Notes: generated by a model not told the origin, from the sequence alone. 64,000 nt of DNA from Felis catus (GCF_018350175.1 NC_058382.1:53384001-53448000), one strand, 5' to 3'; counted from the first letter of the stretch, positions 35,646 to 48,735 are shown. Program-made: numbers and translations.

Positions 35646-36843
35646 CAGATGGCATTATTTTAAACCACCTTTTTGCTTTTGCAATTACAAAAGATGGGAC
35701 TTGACGTTGTCAAATAATTCAAATAACAAAAGGTATAATGCAGGGGGTCAGGGGGTGCATTGCAGTGTCAGAATACCTGAGTTTGCATTTCCACACCTTT
35801 CTTGCTCTGTGGCCTTATGCACACAGCTTCTTTAAGCCTCTGTCTCCTTACCATCATATATGAGTAACAACCGAAATTAGCTCATAGGGTTGTTGTGATA
35901 ACTAAGTGAGAGGAAGGAGATATATGGATATGTAAAGCATTTAAGTACTCTAGGAGAGCTACATGAATATATGAGACTGCATGAGAGCCAGTAATGGTTT
36001 AGCGATCTGGACCCTTACCATCATCACTATTTTATTACAATTGCACCTTAACTGTAGAAAGCAGAATAGCGCTTGTCACATAATAAATGCTCAATAAACT
36101 ACCTAGTATCTTAAGTAAGATGAAAATCCTCCAATCACAATCCCCAGCAATAACCACAATAAACAATAATAAATAATCATAGTAAATAATGACATCACTA
36201 TGAATATGAACATAAGCATATGTGGAAATATATATTTATATTTTTCTATTTTATTTTTATCTCATTTTTTAAATGTCTGTTCATTTTTGAGAAAGAGAGA
36301 GAGAGAGAGAGAGCATGGAGCATGAGCAGGGGAGGGGCAGAGAGAGAGCAGGGCAGAGGATCCAAAGCAGGGTCTGTGCTCACAGCAGAGAGCCTGATGC
36401 GGGGCTCAAATTCACGAACTGTGAGATCACGACCGGAGCTGAAGTTGGACGCTTAATCGACCGAGTCACCCAGGTACCCCTGTATATCTATATTTTTTAA
36501 TACAAATGGGATCATACTAGATATATTGTTCTGAAACTTACTATTGTTCTTCAACTTTAATAATTACTTACCCACACAAATACACCCAACTGACTTTTGA
36601 CAAAAGTGCGAAAGGAATTCAGTCTGACGCCCTACATCATACTGTTATTTGAATAATTTGACAACATAAAGCCCCATCTTTTGTAATTGCAAAAGCAAAA
36701 AGATGGTTTAAAATAATGCAATCTGGGGTGCCTGGGTGGCTTAGTCAGTTGAATGTCTGGCTCTTGATTTTCAGCTCAGGTCATGATCCCAGGGTCGTGG
36801 GATCAAACCCCACATCGAGCTCTTTATTGAGTGTGCAGAGTCT
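35533..36843. repeat. Local inverted duplication, arms 35533-35751 and ~36624-36843
   Basis: Unique flank ttttgcttttgcaattacaaaagatggg...tgtcaaataattcaaataac recurs as its reverse complement together with the SINE head. Confidence 0.92.
36240..36480 (-). mobile_element. CanSINE
   Basis: SINE body with (GA)n tract; degenerate TSD tatatatttatattttt/tgtatatctatattttt. Confidence 0.93.
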
Positions 36844-38275
36844 TCAACAAATGAGGCTGGGGCAACTGGACATCCCTGGTCAAAGATCAGAATCTCAACC
36901 TAAACTTCATACCCTATATAAAAATAAACTTAAAGTGGATCATCATTAGAAATGCAAAATGTAAAACTATAAAGCTTCTAGAAAAATAACAGAAGAAAAT
37001 CCTTAGGATCCAGGTCTAGTCAAAGGGGTCTTTAGACTTGATACCAAAAGTATCTGCAAAAGGAAAAATTGAGAAATTGGACCCCATCAAAATTAAAACC
37101 TGTTGCTCAGGGAAAGATTCCCTTAAGATAAGACAAGCTATAGATTAGAGAAAAGACTTTTGCTATGTATCTGACAAAGGATTAGTATCTAAGATATACA
37201 AAGAACTCAACACCCAACACTAAAAAACAAAACAACCCCCTCCCCGCCCCCCCACCAACAAGCAATCCAATTAAAAAATAGGCAGAAGGCATGAATAGGC
37301 CTAAATACTGATGAGGATGTAGACAGGGCAAAGAGGACATAGGGCGCATGAAAAGATGTTCCGCATCGTTAATCATCTGCATCGTTAAGCACACCTTAAA
37401 ACCACAATGAGACATCTCCACACACCTATCAGAATGGCTGAAATAAAAAAAAAATGGTGACACCACCAAACGCTAGTGAGGAGGCAGAGAAATGGGTCAC
37501 TCACACACTGCTGGTGGGAATCTAAAATAATGGTACGGACACTCTGGAAAAGTTTGGCAACTTCTGATACCACTAAATACACAACTGTCCTGTGGCTTAG
37601 CCATTCGATTCACTTTAGGACATTTGTCCCAGAAAAGTAAAAATGTATGTTCATACAAAAACCTGTCCATGAATATTCGGAGCAGCTTTGCTCATAATGG
37701 CCCCAGACTGGAAGCAACCCAGAGGTCCTTCAGCAGGTGAGCCGTCCAACTGTGGACCCATACTATGCAATACTGCTTGGCAATAAAAAGGAATGAGCTA
37801 TTGATTCATGCAAGGGCTTGGATGAATCCAGATAATTTTATGCTGAGTGAAAGAAGTCAACCTCAAAAGGTCACATGCTGTAGGATTCCATTTCTACGGC
37901 TCTCTTGAAGTGAAGAAATTATGAAAATGGAGGACAGATTAGTTGCTGCCAGGGGCTACAGGCAAGGTAGACAAGGGAGGTTTTAAAAGGGCGGCAAGAA
38001 CGATCTTTGTGTTGACGGAACCGGTCTGTGTGTTGCGTCTGGTGCCCGACACAGGCACCCACGCGTGGGATAACACTGCATAAAGCTGATGTGTAGAACT
38101 GGGGAAGACTGAGAAGGAGCAGACAGTATCTGCATCGATATCCAGGCTGTGATATTCGACTATGATTGTGCAAGACGTTATCACCGGAGAGAAATGGGGT
38201 AGAGTCTCCGTGAGATCTCTCTGCATTATTTCTTGCAACTGCCTGCGAACCCATAGTTTTCTCAAAATAAAAAGC
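36565..38275 (+). mobile_element. Ancient L1M (ORF2 end + 3'UTR) carrying the templated insert
   Basis: caactgacttttgacaaaag...ttcaacaaatg...catcaaaattaaaac...ctggtgggaat...ataaaaaggaatgag...attatttcttgcaactgc...ctcaaaataaaa. Confidence 0.9.
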
Positions 38276-38282
38276 GTCAGTT

Positions 38283-38409
38283 GGGGGTGCCTGGGTGGCT
38301 CCGTCGATTAAGCATCCAACTCTTGATTTTGGCTCAGGTCATGATCTCATGGTTTGTGAGTTCAAACCCTACATCAGGCTCTGCACTGACAGCACAGAGC
38401 CTGCTTGGG

Positions 38410-38451
<42 letters not shown>

Positions 38452-38510
38452 GACGCTCCTCCTCCTCTCTCTCTCTCAAAACAAATACATAAACTTTTAA
38501 AAACGTTTAA
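38283..38510 (+). mobile_element. CanSINE with expanded (CT)n
   Basis: gggggtgcctgggtggctc head, gagcctgcttgggattctctc; sits just after the L1 tail. Confidence 0.94.
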
Positions 38511-39049
38511 ACAGTGGAATATTATAAGTCGTTAGCAAAACAATTAAAAGTTTTGACTCATTTCAACTGTTGGCACTTAATCTTTTTTTTTTTTCTTTTA
38601 GGCGCTCACTTGCCAAGCATTGATTGGCCAAGTTCTATCGCGTTTATTATAAACAATTCCAACAAGTTGTGCAGGGGCGATGCAGTCTAATGGCAGCAGA
38701 CAGAAATGGTGTGTGAGGAAACTGGGTTAAAGATCTGGAACCACAGCTGTGCACTTAACAAGTTCATTTATTAGGGACCTCATTGCACATCCGTTGGGAA
38801 GGGTAATTAAGCATGAAGATTAAGTCGGGTAGTACCTTCCTCAGCAAGGCCGCTCTGGGTTACAGACGGCCTTTACCAGGAGAGTCAAGACTTGGGCAAC
38901 TCCCATCTAGTTGGGAAATTCAAGCCCATTATCTCTTACTGGGGAGGCGGTAATGACCGTCATGGAGGAAGAAGACCTCAATTTAAGCAAACAGCTGTTT
39001 TTCCTTGACAACAGAAGGGGAAACAGGGCTCAAGTCGGCCCTTAGTGAA

Positions 39050-39750
39050 CTGATCCATGGAAAGGTAGTTGAAACAGATTCTCTCCTCGAGCACAGCGAG
39101 GAAAAGACCCGCATTCCCCAGCCCTGCGCGGGTAATGCGCAGAATCCGAGAAACGCCGTTTTGCGGGGAGCCTGCAAAGCAAAGGGACCCTATCCTCTTG
39201 TTGGCCTGGTTTCTGATGCTCTCCCCAGGCTGCTGTCCGGGACCTGCGTTCTCCTTTTGGGAAGATTATTCAGAGCCCCCGTCCGGGAGGGTTTGTGGCT
39301 TGTCCCGAGAGGGTCCCCGTGTCCTATCCCGGGTGTCCCAACTGGCGGGCCCTCCGGTCAGCTTCCCTCGGCACCGTGAGGTGGCTCGGCATTAAAATTC
39401 TTCAGATTTGCTCCCGGCCTCTGCAGTGGGGAGGATTTGATTGCAGCACTGGAGGGCTGGACAAACCCCACTAACGGTTGCCAGTCAGCTGTGATTTTCC
39501 ATTAGCCGCATCTCATTATCCCGTCAGGGCTCCTTCGCGCCTATCGATGAGAAACAATGTGTAATCACTTGCGACTGATTGCAAATCACTCTCCACGGCC
39601 TGTGCGAGCCTTGGCCCACGACCACGTGGCCTAGACTGCCAAATGGTCCTCAGGCCCGGTGGCCTCACACTGCCTTCTTAGCGGGGCTCCAGGAGTTTGG
39701 GGCACGTCCTTTCGTCTTGGGGCGAGGCCGGAGACAGAGAAACGGGTTAA
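39050..39750. promoter_or_regulatory. CpG-rich candidate enhancer/promoter
   Basis: Repeat-free, GC/CpG-rich; taacgg, cagctg, aacaatg, gtaatc, attgcaaat motifs. Confidence 0.35.
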
Positions 39751-39959
39751 AGGGGAGTACTGGCTAATCGCAAGCCCCACAGAACTCCAGAGTCAGGTGC
39801 AGAATGGCTATACTGTGGGACTCATTTCAGAGACAGAAAAACATCGCAGCCCCTTCCCTTCATGGAGAACTAGACGGATTCTAGGATTCTAGAACCAACG
39901 ACTTGGTGGGAGCAGGGACCGCGTCTTTTCTAATAGAAAGAGTAGAGCATACTTGTACA

Positions 39960-40150
39960 GCTCAGGCAATGAAGGCCCTCAGATCAGACTCAGATTCCAA
40001 TTGCTACTACCTATACGACATCGGGCAAGTCGCTGAATCTGTTCGAGCCTCAGTTTTCTTATCTGCGAAATGGGAGTAATAGCACTGCCAAGCATTTAGA
40101 GATGTTTTAATGATTAAACGAGATCATAAATGCAAAACTTTTTAGAATTC
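39960..40150 (+). mobile_element. MIR
   Basis: tcgggcaagtcgctgaatctgttcgagcctcagttttcttatctgcgaaatggg. Confidence 0.8.
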
Positions 40151-40209
40151 ACTGAATGCCACTGGTTGGTATTAATATAATTTGAAGTTAAAAAAGATAC
40201 TCATTTCTT

Positions 40210-40359
40210 GGGGTACCCGGGTGGCTCAGCTGCTTAAGCGTCCAACTCTTGATTTCGGCTCAGATCGTGATCTCACAGTTCCTGAGGCCCCAAGTCAGGA
40301 TCTCGCTGACAGCATGGAACCTGCTTGGGATTCTCTCTTTCCCTCTGTCTCTAGTATGC

Positions 40360-40402
<43 letters not shown>

Positions 40403-40432
40403 ATAAATTTATAAACATAAAAAAAAAAAAAA
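40210..40432 (+). mobile_element. CanSINE
   Basis: SINE head and tail; degenerate TSD aagatactcatttctt/aaggcactcgtttctt. Confidence 0.94.
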
Positions 40433-42828
40433 GGCACTCGTTTCTTAGTCCTGGATATCAGCACCCATACTGTGATCTCTTTCTACCTAAAGGAAAAAAA
40501 AAATACATGATAGAGAAATCTCAAGTTCCAAACGTGTTTTCTACCGAAAACTATGCCTATAATAGAGGCAGATAAATGTAGTCAAATATGCATGGAAAAG
40601 GAGCTTATGGACTTCAAAGCACATTAGCACAAAAAAGGAATGAGGTTTGTCATAGCTGCACGTTGGAATCACCTGAAGAACTTAAAATAAATATCTACAA
40701 CCAGCCAGCCCCTACCTTAAACCATCAAAATCAGCATGTCTCCGGGTGAGGCTTTGACGTCTTTATTTTTAATGCCCTGCTTCCCACCTCCTCCCCCCGC
40801 ACCCTTCCCGCCAGGTAATCTTAACAGACGGCCAGGGTCAGAGCTAAAGTTTCCACGAGATCTGAGAGATACTACAATTATAAAACGTGTCCAACTTTAT
40901 TTAAAAGTAGCACTACCTACGCTTCTCTGACAGAGCAGTACATCTCTTTCCATCTCTCTTCCTCCTCTCCTTCCTCCTTTCCTCCTCCTCCTCCTTTGAA
41001 ATCCATGCTGAGCAATCGTGCTCGAAACCGTCTCCAGCTTCCCACCTGGGTGGAAGGCTTTCTGACTTGATCTTTCTCTGGCGCTAAAGAGCTCCCGAGA
41101 GGCAGGGAAATGAGGGAACAGTCTATAATTACCCTGATTATTGCCAACAAGAAGGCCCAGAAAAGGCAGAGTCACAGACATGCCCAGACGGTTCTGCAGG
41201 CATCCAGAGAGCTCGCAGGAACCCAACTGGGCAAGAGCTAGCACCTGGAGTCCTGGTAGGGAGGGAGAAGTAATGAACCTTGGAGGTCTGAATGCCAAGG
41301 TGTTGGGCTCCTTGGTGTCAGCAGGTGACCGAGCTACTTGCTTCTGAGCACAAACAGCAGGGCTGTTTCCTCCCATCACCGGAAAGTCTCTTCAAGGGTC
41401 GCAGAAAAGAAAAGAGGGTGTTGGGTCTCTTGTAGAGGTTTTGTTTTGTTGTTCTTCGTTTAAATGCTCGTCTCTTGCCAACTCCCTGATAATCACCACA
41501 CAACTTGTTGGGAAGGCAAAGCACGCTAAGGGAGATCCCACCCTTGACCCAGCTTTGGCAACACCTCAGAGAATAGGAGACAGGGTCAGAATTTACCGAG
41601 AATGGAAAGTTTGGTTTAAGGTAGTTCCTCTAATCTGGGGACGTGATGGGTAAGGATCCTACACAGAGTTCAGGATTGGGGGTACACGGTAAGGATTCAG
41701 AGACTCTTTGGTCACCACTTGACTGTCGATACTTTCCATGGTGGATCTTCAGGGAAACTCGTGCAATGAATAGACGCTGCATGGGCGAGTGTCACTTTGG
41801 GTAGCGAAGACATTAATGAAGACAGAGGAATAATAATGCCGTGATAATGTAACACAGACAGCAAGTCGTGTGTGTGGTGGGGTGGTTTCAATTTTCCGTG
41901 TCCAAACCGTGTGTGTGTTCGGTGGGGGAACCAATGACTTCATTTCTCACTTTGTGCTTATCTTTATTACAATGAGGGAGAATTTTCTCTCAGACCCGAA
42001 TCTCCTGAAATGGTTACGCTTCCCCTGGAAACCTTTGTGATTTGGCCTTTGGGATATTGCAAAGCTTGGGATTGATCCTGTGTCCTTCCTTGTTTTTGCC
42101 TTATGGGAGTTCAGAGCCAAACCACCTTCAGCAAATGTAAATCACCCCACTTTCGGACATACCCACGGCCCTCTGGTTTGTGATGATCCCAGTCTCCGTG
42201 TTTCTGTGTGTTTGTCCGGAGCAATGACGGGTGAAGTGTGGGGCAGGATTCTGTGATGCCTTTTCACGGACCTCACTCCCTGGGAGGAAGGAAACGGACG
42301 CCTGGGGGGAGAGGCCCTATGTGTGAGTCTGGGTGCCCCTTGGCCGTGGTTCTTGGTACAAATGGCTTGAATTTTAATAGGAGAGAATCCCAGAGGGTAT
42401 CAATCAGTCAAGAAGAAAAACTCTACTTTTTAATTTAGCGGTTCCTGCCTTGGGAAGTGTTTTTGTCTCCCAGACCTTTATTTTTCTAACAATATTCCTT
42501 TAATTTGACGTTCCTGTGAACAATTGGGCTTTGTTCCTTTAATTATAATAGTCATAGCCATTTGTCATATGCTGAAAAATATACATAGTTGCCATATTAT
42601 TTCAAGGATAGAAAACATTTCAAGTATACGCAAAAACATGGAGACCAACGCAACGTAGCCATACGGTCATGTCTCAACTTTGTGAAATCTAAATTTTTCT
42701 TCTGACCATATTCACTTATAGCTTTTTCCCTAAATAATGTACTCTTACAAAGGCAGTTAAAATCCAATGTATCTACCCCATTTCACCCTCTGCCTCTCTT
42801 TTTTATTTATTAAATATATATATATTTT

Positions 42829-43039
42829 AATTTTTTTTAACGTTTATTTATTTTTGAGACAGAGAGAGACAGAGCATGAACAGGGGAGGGGCAGAGAGAG
42901 AGGGAGACGCAGAATCCGAAGCAGGCTCCAGGCTCTGAGCTGTCAGGACAGAGCCCGATGCGGGGCTCGAACTCACAGACCCGTGAGATCATGACCTGAG
43001 CCGAAGTCGGATGCTTAACCGACTGAGCCACCCAGGCCC
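42829..43039 (-). mobile_element. Felid SINEC inserted in the tail of an older SINE
   Basis: Near-consensus body; flanking aaatatatatat...tttt on both sides. Confidence 0.95.
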
Positions 43040-43055
43040 AAAAATATATATATTT

Positions 43056-43268
43056 TTAACTTTTGTTTATTTTTGAGAGACAGGGAGAGACAGAGCGTGA
43101 GTAGGGGAGGGGCAGAGAGAGAAGGGGAGACACAGAAGAATCCAAAGCAGGCTCCAGGCTCTGAGCGCTCAGCACAGAGCCGTACATGGGGCTCCAACCC
43201 ACGAACCATGAGATCATGACCTGAGCTGAAGTCGGCTGCTTAACTGATTGAACCATGCGGGCGCCCCA
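43056..43268 (-). mobile_element. Felid SINEC (older host copy)
   Basis: SINE body ending gggcgcccc on the + strand. Confidence 0.95.
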
Positions 43269-43269
43269 A

Positions 43270-44316
43270 TCCCTCTCCTCTTGCCAGAAATAAGCAATTA
43301 TCCCGATTTTGGTGATTCGCATTCTGCCTCATGGTTTTACCCCTTTACTAAATATACGAAAGCCCATACACAACATAATCGTAATGTATTTATATTCTCA
43401 GTTTCATCTAACCAATAACCTTCTGCAACTTTCCCTCTTCGTTTCATATTACGTTTGGGAGATTAATTCACTCATTTTGATACGTGTACTTCTCATCGAT
43501 CCGTGCTATCTGCTGAGGAGCATTTTACTGAGTACACCAATTCACTTCTCCATCGTCCTGCAGACAAGCATTTGGGTGGCTTTGCATTTGTGGCTATCGT
43601 CAACATTCCAGTTTCCAGCAGTAAACATTTTGGTATCCGCACATCCTCTACGTGGGGGCAAAGGTTTCTCCCGGGCCTCGTCCTAGACTTGCAACTGCTA
43701 GGTCTCTGTTCATCTCATTTTCAATTTGACACGGTTTTGCAAAACTGCTCTTCGAGGTGACTGTGAACAATCCTACTCCCGACAGAAGATGGATGAGCAC
43801 TTCTCCTGTTCTGCTTCCTTGCCAGCACTTGGTATTGTCAGACTTCTCAATTCTAGACCGTGTTATGCATGAGCGCCGTCTGTTAGAGCCGATTTTGTTT
43901 GAATTTCCTTTATTCCTAGTGAGATTGGGCATCTTCTCATTGGCTTATTGACCTTTTGGCTTTTCTCTTCTGCGGCCTGCCTATTCATAATTTTGCTCAT
44001 TTTATTAGAGGCTTCTTTGTCCTTTTCTTACTGACTGTACGATATCCTGGGTACTAACCCGTTGATGGTCGTAAATGTGGTGCTATTATTTTCTGGTTGT
44101 CCTTTTAGCTTTGTTTACAGCGTCTTTTGCTGCATATAATTTTCAAATTTTAATAACACCAAACTTATCAGTCCTTTCCTTTAGGTACTATGCTTTTTTG
44201 AGTCATGGTTAGGAAATCTTTCCTAATGGAAGGCATCAGGGTACTGTCCTCTATAATCTGCTAAGTTTAAAAAATTTTGTTTTCCACGTGTATGTCTTGG
44301 CCCACCTGGAATTGTG

Positions 44317-44351
<35 letters not shown>

Positions 44352-44880
44352 GTACTGGGGAAGGGATCTCATTCATCTTCTTTTGGAAAAACAGTTGTAC
44401 CAGGATTCTTGATTATGTAGCCCATCCCTCCCGCCCCCTGCCCCCAACCCACTGATCTCTGTGCCTGTTACATTCTAGGTCAAGTTTCCACAAATGCTTG
44501 GCTCTGCTTTGGAACTTTCTGTTGGTTTATTTTTCTCTCCCTCTAACACTGCCACAGTTGCTATAGATTTATAATAAACCTTTATACCTGCTAAATCTTA
44601 CCTTAATCTTACTTTATTCTATTTATTCAAAATGACCTTGACTGTTCTTTCCTTTCACGTCCCATATGAAATGTTGGTATTGTCTTCTCAAGTTCCTTGC
44701 TATGGTTTTGACTGGAGTCACTTTGAAATTTAAATGTAGATCAACTGGAAAGAATTGCCCGTTTATGATCTGCTCACTGTGACCACGATCTATATTTTCA
44801 TATACTGAGATTTTCTTTTATGGCTTTTTTTTATGACGTTTTCTATTTTTTATCATAGAGTTCGATTTTTGTTAGACTTT
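43270..44880 (-). mobile_element. Ancient L1M fragment
   Basis: ccttgccagcacttggtattgtcagac...tggcttattgacc...aggaaatctttcc...ggttttgactggag...tagatcaactggaaagaattg. Confidence 0.75.
44313..44353. repeat. (TG)n microsatellite
   Basis: Direct reading. Confidence 0.95.
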
Positions 44881-44899
44881 TTCTGTGTTTTTTTTATTA

Positions 44900-45125
44900 A
44901 AAATTTTTTCAGGTTCTTTTATATATTTATTTTGAGAGAGAGACAGAGACAGCATGACAGCATGAGTGGGGGGGGGGGGGGAGAGAGAGAGAGAGAGAGA
45001 GAAGCCCAAGCAGGATCTGCACCACCAGCCCAGAGCCCGATGCTCAAACCCATGAAACCGTGAGGTCATGACCTGAGCCCAAAGTGAGTCAGACGCTTAA
45101 CTGACTGAGCCACCCAGGCTCCCCG
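44900..45125 (-). mobile_element. CanSINE
   Basis: SINE body ending gagccacccaggctcccc. Confidence 0.93.
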
Positions 45126-45489
45126 TTCTGGGTTTATTATTTAGTTGCCAGTGTAAATACCACCAATTTGATAGTATGTTTTGTAATGACATACTGTTGA
45201 TGAATAAGAACACAACTGACTTGTGTGTTTTGGGCTTGAACCTAGCAGCTTTGGTGACCTCTCTTATCAGTTTCAATATTTTGTATCTAAAATGCTTTTA
45301 ACCATGGGTGGGGCAAGGGTATTACCAAAATGTCAAATCAGTTGTTTCTAGGTAAGGTGGTTATGGGTATGATTTATTTCTGTTTCTTTGTACTTTTCAA
45401 TACTTTAAATTTTGGACATTAGGCATCATCTCCTTAGTAACTGGGGGAAGAACTGAAAGTTAATTAACAATAGTGTCAGTAAAATCCAT

Positions 45490-45670
45490 AGTTTGATTAA
45501 CACCTACGCTTGTCAAGCATGTGGTAACTGCTCCGTATACATAATTTAATTTTAATCCTGACAGTAACCTTGCACAGAAGATATTTCTTGTCCCATTTTT
45601 AAACAGGGAAACTGAGGCACAGATCAACTTGCTTCAGGGGTCACCCGCCCACTACATAGGTGAGCTGGGT
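45490..45670 (-). mobile_element. MIR
   Basis: tttaatcctgacagtaacc...cccatttttaaacagggaaactgaggcacag. Confidence 0.75.
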
Positions 45671-46449
45671 TTCACGGTGCTACGCTGTTGTCTAGGCAAA
45701 CTCAGAAGGACGCTCTCTTGTCGTGGATTTTCCTTTACTGAATTCATCTATAGAGGGTTAGTTCATCATTGACAGGGCTGTTTGTCCTTATCTCAGGGCA
45801 GAGCCTCCGGGACTCCAGGGAGGACAACTTTAGAAAGACTGCCTGCTGGGCCTGCAGCCTCCTGGGTCCCCCACAGTTGTGGGGAGACCAGGATGGCAAC
45901 TAGCTAGATGGGAGCAGGATCCTGGAAAGGAAAGCCACCGTTTGAAAGAATGGATGATACCCATGGAGGTCAAGTTTTTCTAGGCTCCTCGGCGGGCAAG
46001 AAGGCCATCGAGCAGTTGCACTCTTGGGAAAAGGAAGCCCATCCCTTAAGGGTGAAGATTGGGCCTTTGTCTTTAGTCTTCCTAAAGTTTAATAACGAGA
46101 AATCAGACTTGACAGGATTTCAGGAATCTAAACCCACACATGGGCTACGGCAGAGACGGGGAGGAAACATGGGACTATACCAAGTAACTTATTGCCTTGG
46201 TAAGTCTGTTTCTAGCGCATTAAGGATCCGGGGAATGTTAAAATACAACTTTTAGTAATTACGTCTAAGTCACAAGCCGGCTGTCTAGCCAGATAACACA
46301 GGTAGAAGTTATCTCTGGAAGAATCGTTATCAACCCCTATCGCCACACACAAGGCCTCACAATTGTGTCCTATAAACCTCTGTTTCTTGGTCTCCTCCTC
46401 CTCCTCCACCCCCTCCCGGTGGCCCCTCTGCTCTGCCCTAGGGCGGTGT

Positions 46450-46718
46450 TCGGACTTCTGTGGGCCCTCCACGTGTTTGCCCTCATGGGCACCTTCCTCC
46501 ATAAAATGATAATCTAAATAGTATCCCTTATGCCAGCATTGATGTAAAGATGAATATAATCCACGCAGGATTCGATAGTACATGTTCATTATAATTAATT
46601 ACATTCACTTTTTTCTTCTGACTTTAAAAGAAATTAAAATTAAAACCTTTCCGTGGGTCCTGAAAGTATTGTGGGTCCTGGACATTGGATGACCTGTACC
46701 TGAGAGAGAAATCAGCCT
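46450..46718. mobile_element. hAT MITE, MER96B-like
   Basis: ttttcttctgactttaaaagaaattaaa...gtgggtcctgaaagtattgtgggtcct; family assignment from memory. Confidence 0.5.
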
Positions 46719-46775
46719 CTTCCCTCCCTCTCTCCCTCCCTCCTTTCCCTTTCTTCCTTTCCTCCTTCCTTTTCC

Positions 46776-46818
<43 letters not shown>

Positions 46819-46940
46819 TCCTTCCTTCCTTCCTTCCTTCCTTCCTTCCTTCCTTCCTTCCTTCCTTTCTTCCGTTCTTTCTCTTTCCTTCTTTCTCTCT
46901 CTCTCTTTTTCTTTCTTGCCCCCTCTCTCTTTCTTGCTTT
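46718..46940. repeat. Compound (TTTC)n/(TTCC)n polypyrimidine tract
   Basis: Direct reading. Confidence 0.95.
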
Positions 46941-48365
46941 AAATTTTTTCCCCTTTCCTGTCTAGACTTGGCACACTAACTTAAAGAAAACAAGTTTTCA
47001 GATGCTTCTATATCTTGCTTGCAATCATTTCTGTCCTAAGATGAAACAAATAAGATATTTCCTTCATCTTCCTTAAAACCAGACCAAACAACAACAGCAA
47101 CAGCGGAAATCTGTGAATCTACATTTTTCCTGGAATCCTAACCAGCGTTTTTTTCATCCCATCATACGTAGCTTACATTTGCTAGATTTTTCTTTTTTTC
47201 AGCTCCGCTTACATACTATGACCATTCATGAGGAGCCGGAAGGAGCTGTTAGCAATCATCCCTAATGCCGGCTCAACTTCTGCGTGTGTTCCGTCTTCCT
47301 TTTGAGTTTAGATACTCGGGATTTCTGCCGGCACGAAGGATGACAGGGGAAACCACGAAGTGAGAGAGGCATGGCCCATCCTGTCGTGGGAGAACGGAAG
47401 GCCACTGTGAGGCACCCGGCTGCCGGGGGGCGTCCACGGAGGCACCATGGTTTTCCTCTTGCTTCTTGGGCGGCAGCTAGAGTTTCCAAACTGGTTTCCG
47501 TCGCTCTTAGAGCAGCACACCGGCATTCAGATATAGCCCTTGGGAGTTACGGGGCCTTCCTCTTTGCTTTGCTAAAAGATAACTTTCCCCATGTAGCGCT
47601 GGAGCCAGAAAGAGCAACTCAAGTCACATACTCAGCCCATGTAATGGTAGGAAGCCCTGACTCCCTTGAACTGCAGGACTGTGGGTCTGTGGGAGTGGGC
47701 AGGGGGCCGAGGAGGATCAAGGTTGGCTGTCCTTGTCCATGGGCTGGTGATTTACAACCTCAGAATGGGCTCCAGGTTTGAGCGAATGCACCATTTAATA
47801 TTGGATCTGTAGAAGGCCTCCCCCTGGGCCACATCCTTCCAGCCTCGGGATGGAGGGACGGTGGGCTCCCCATGGCGGAGCGGCTTCTGGAGGACACTAG
47901 ACCCCCGCTACCTGTGTTACAGGAGGTGGACGTGAGCTGTGGGCAGAGAGGTCAGAGCTTCTGTTATTCACGCAGTGTGGAGTGTCTCTGCGTTTCACAT
48001 CGTGTCACATCGGGTCGGGGGGAGGCCGGGGAAGGAGAACGCAGAGTCATGGTTCAGGACCTGTTGGATGTAACTGCTCGGTGGATCACTTGGGGGGATA
48101 TCTGCACCAATTTCCTCCATCAGTCTTCCTTTCTCCATCCTTAGGATAATAGAGACTCTTTATAGAGTGATTACGAAGAGCCTCCGTGTGTCGGGTCACA
48201 GCTATGCAGACATTGTTCCGTAGACAGAGTAACCACATACAGAAGGAAGCGTCGCTCTCTTTAGTTCACTGTGAAGAAACTGAGTCTCAGAGAAGAGGAC
48301 TTCTGGGAGGAGGGATGGGAGGAGATCTAGCCAATTCTTAATCTGAATCTGTGAGATTGCTTGAT

Positions 48366-48548
48366 TTATTTTTAGTTTTTTTAAACATTTATTTACCTTT
48401 ATAAATAAAGAGAAAGAGAGAGAGAGCAAGGGAGGGGCAGAGAGACAGGGAGACACAGAATCAAAGCAGGCCCCAGGCTCTGAGCTGTCAGCACGAAACT
48501 CCAAGCAGGGCTCGAACCCACGAGCTGTGAGATCATGATCTGAGCCAC
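48366..48548 (-). mobile_element. CanSINE lacking its 5' head
   Basis: SINE similarity stops at gagatcatgatctgagcc. Confidence 0.9.
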
Positions 48549-48569
48549 TAGGAAGCTGAGAGAGACAGG

Positions 48570-48668
48570 ATGAAAGAAGAAACAAAGAGAAAGCAAGCAA
48601 GCAAGCAAGCAAGCAAGAAAGAAAGAAGAAAGGGAGGGAGGAAGGAAGAATGAAAGAAAGAAAGAAAG

Positions 48669-48735
<67 letters not shown>

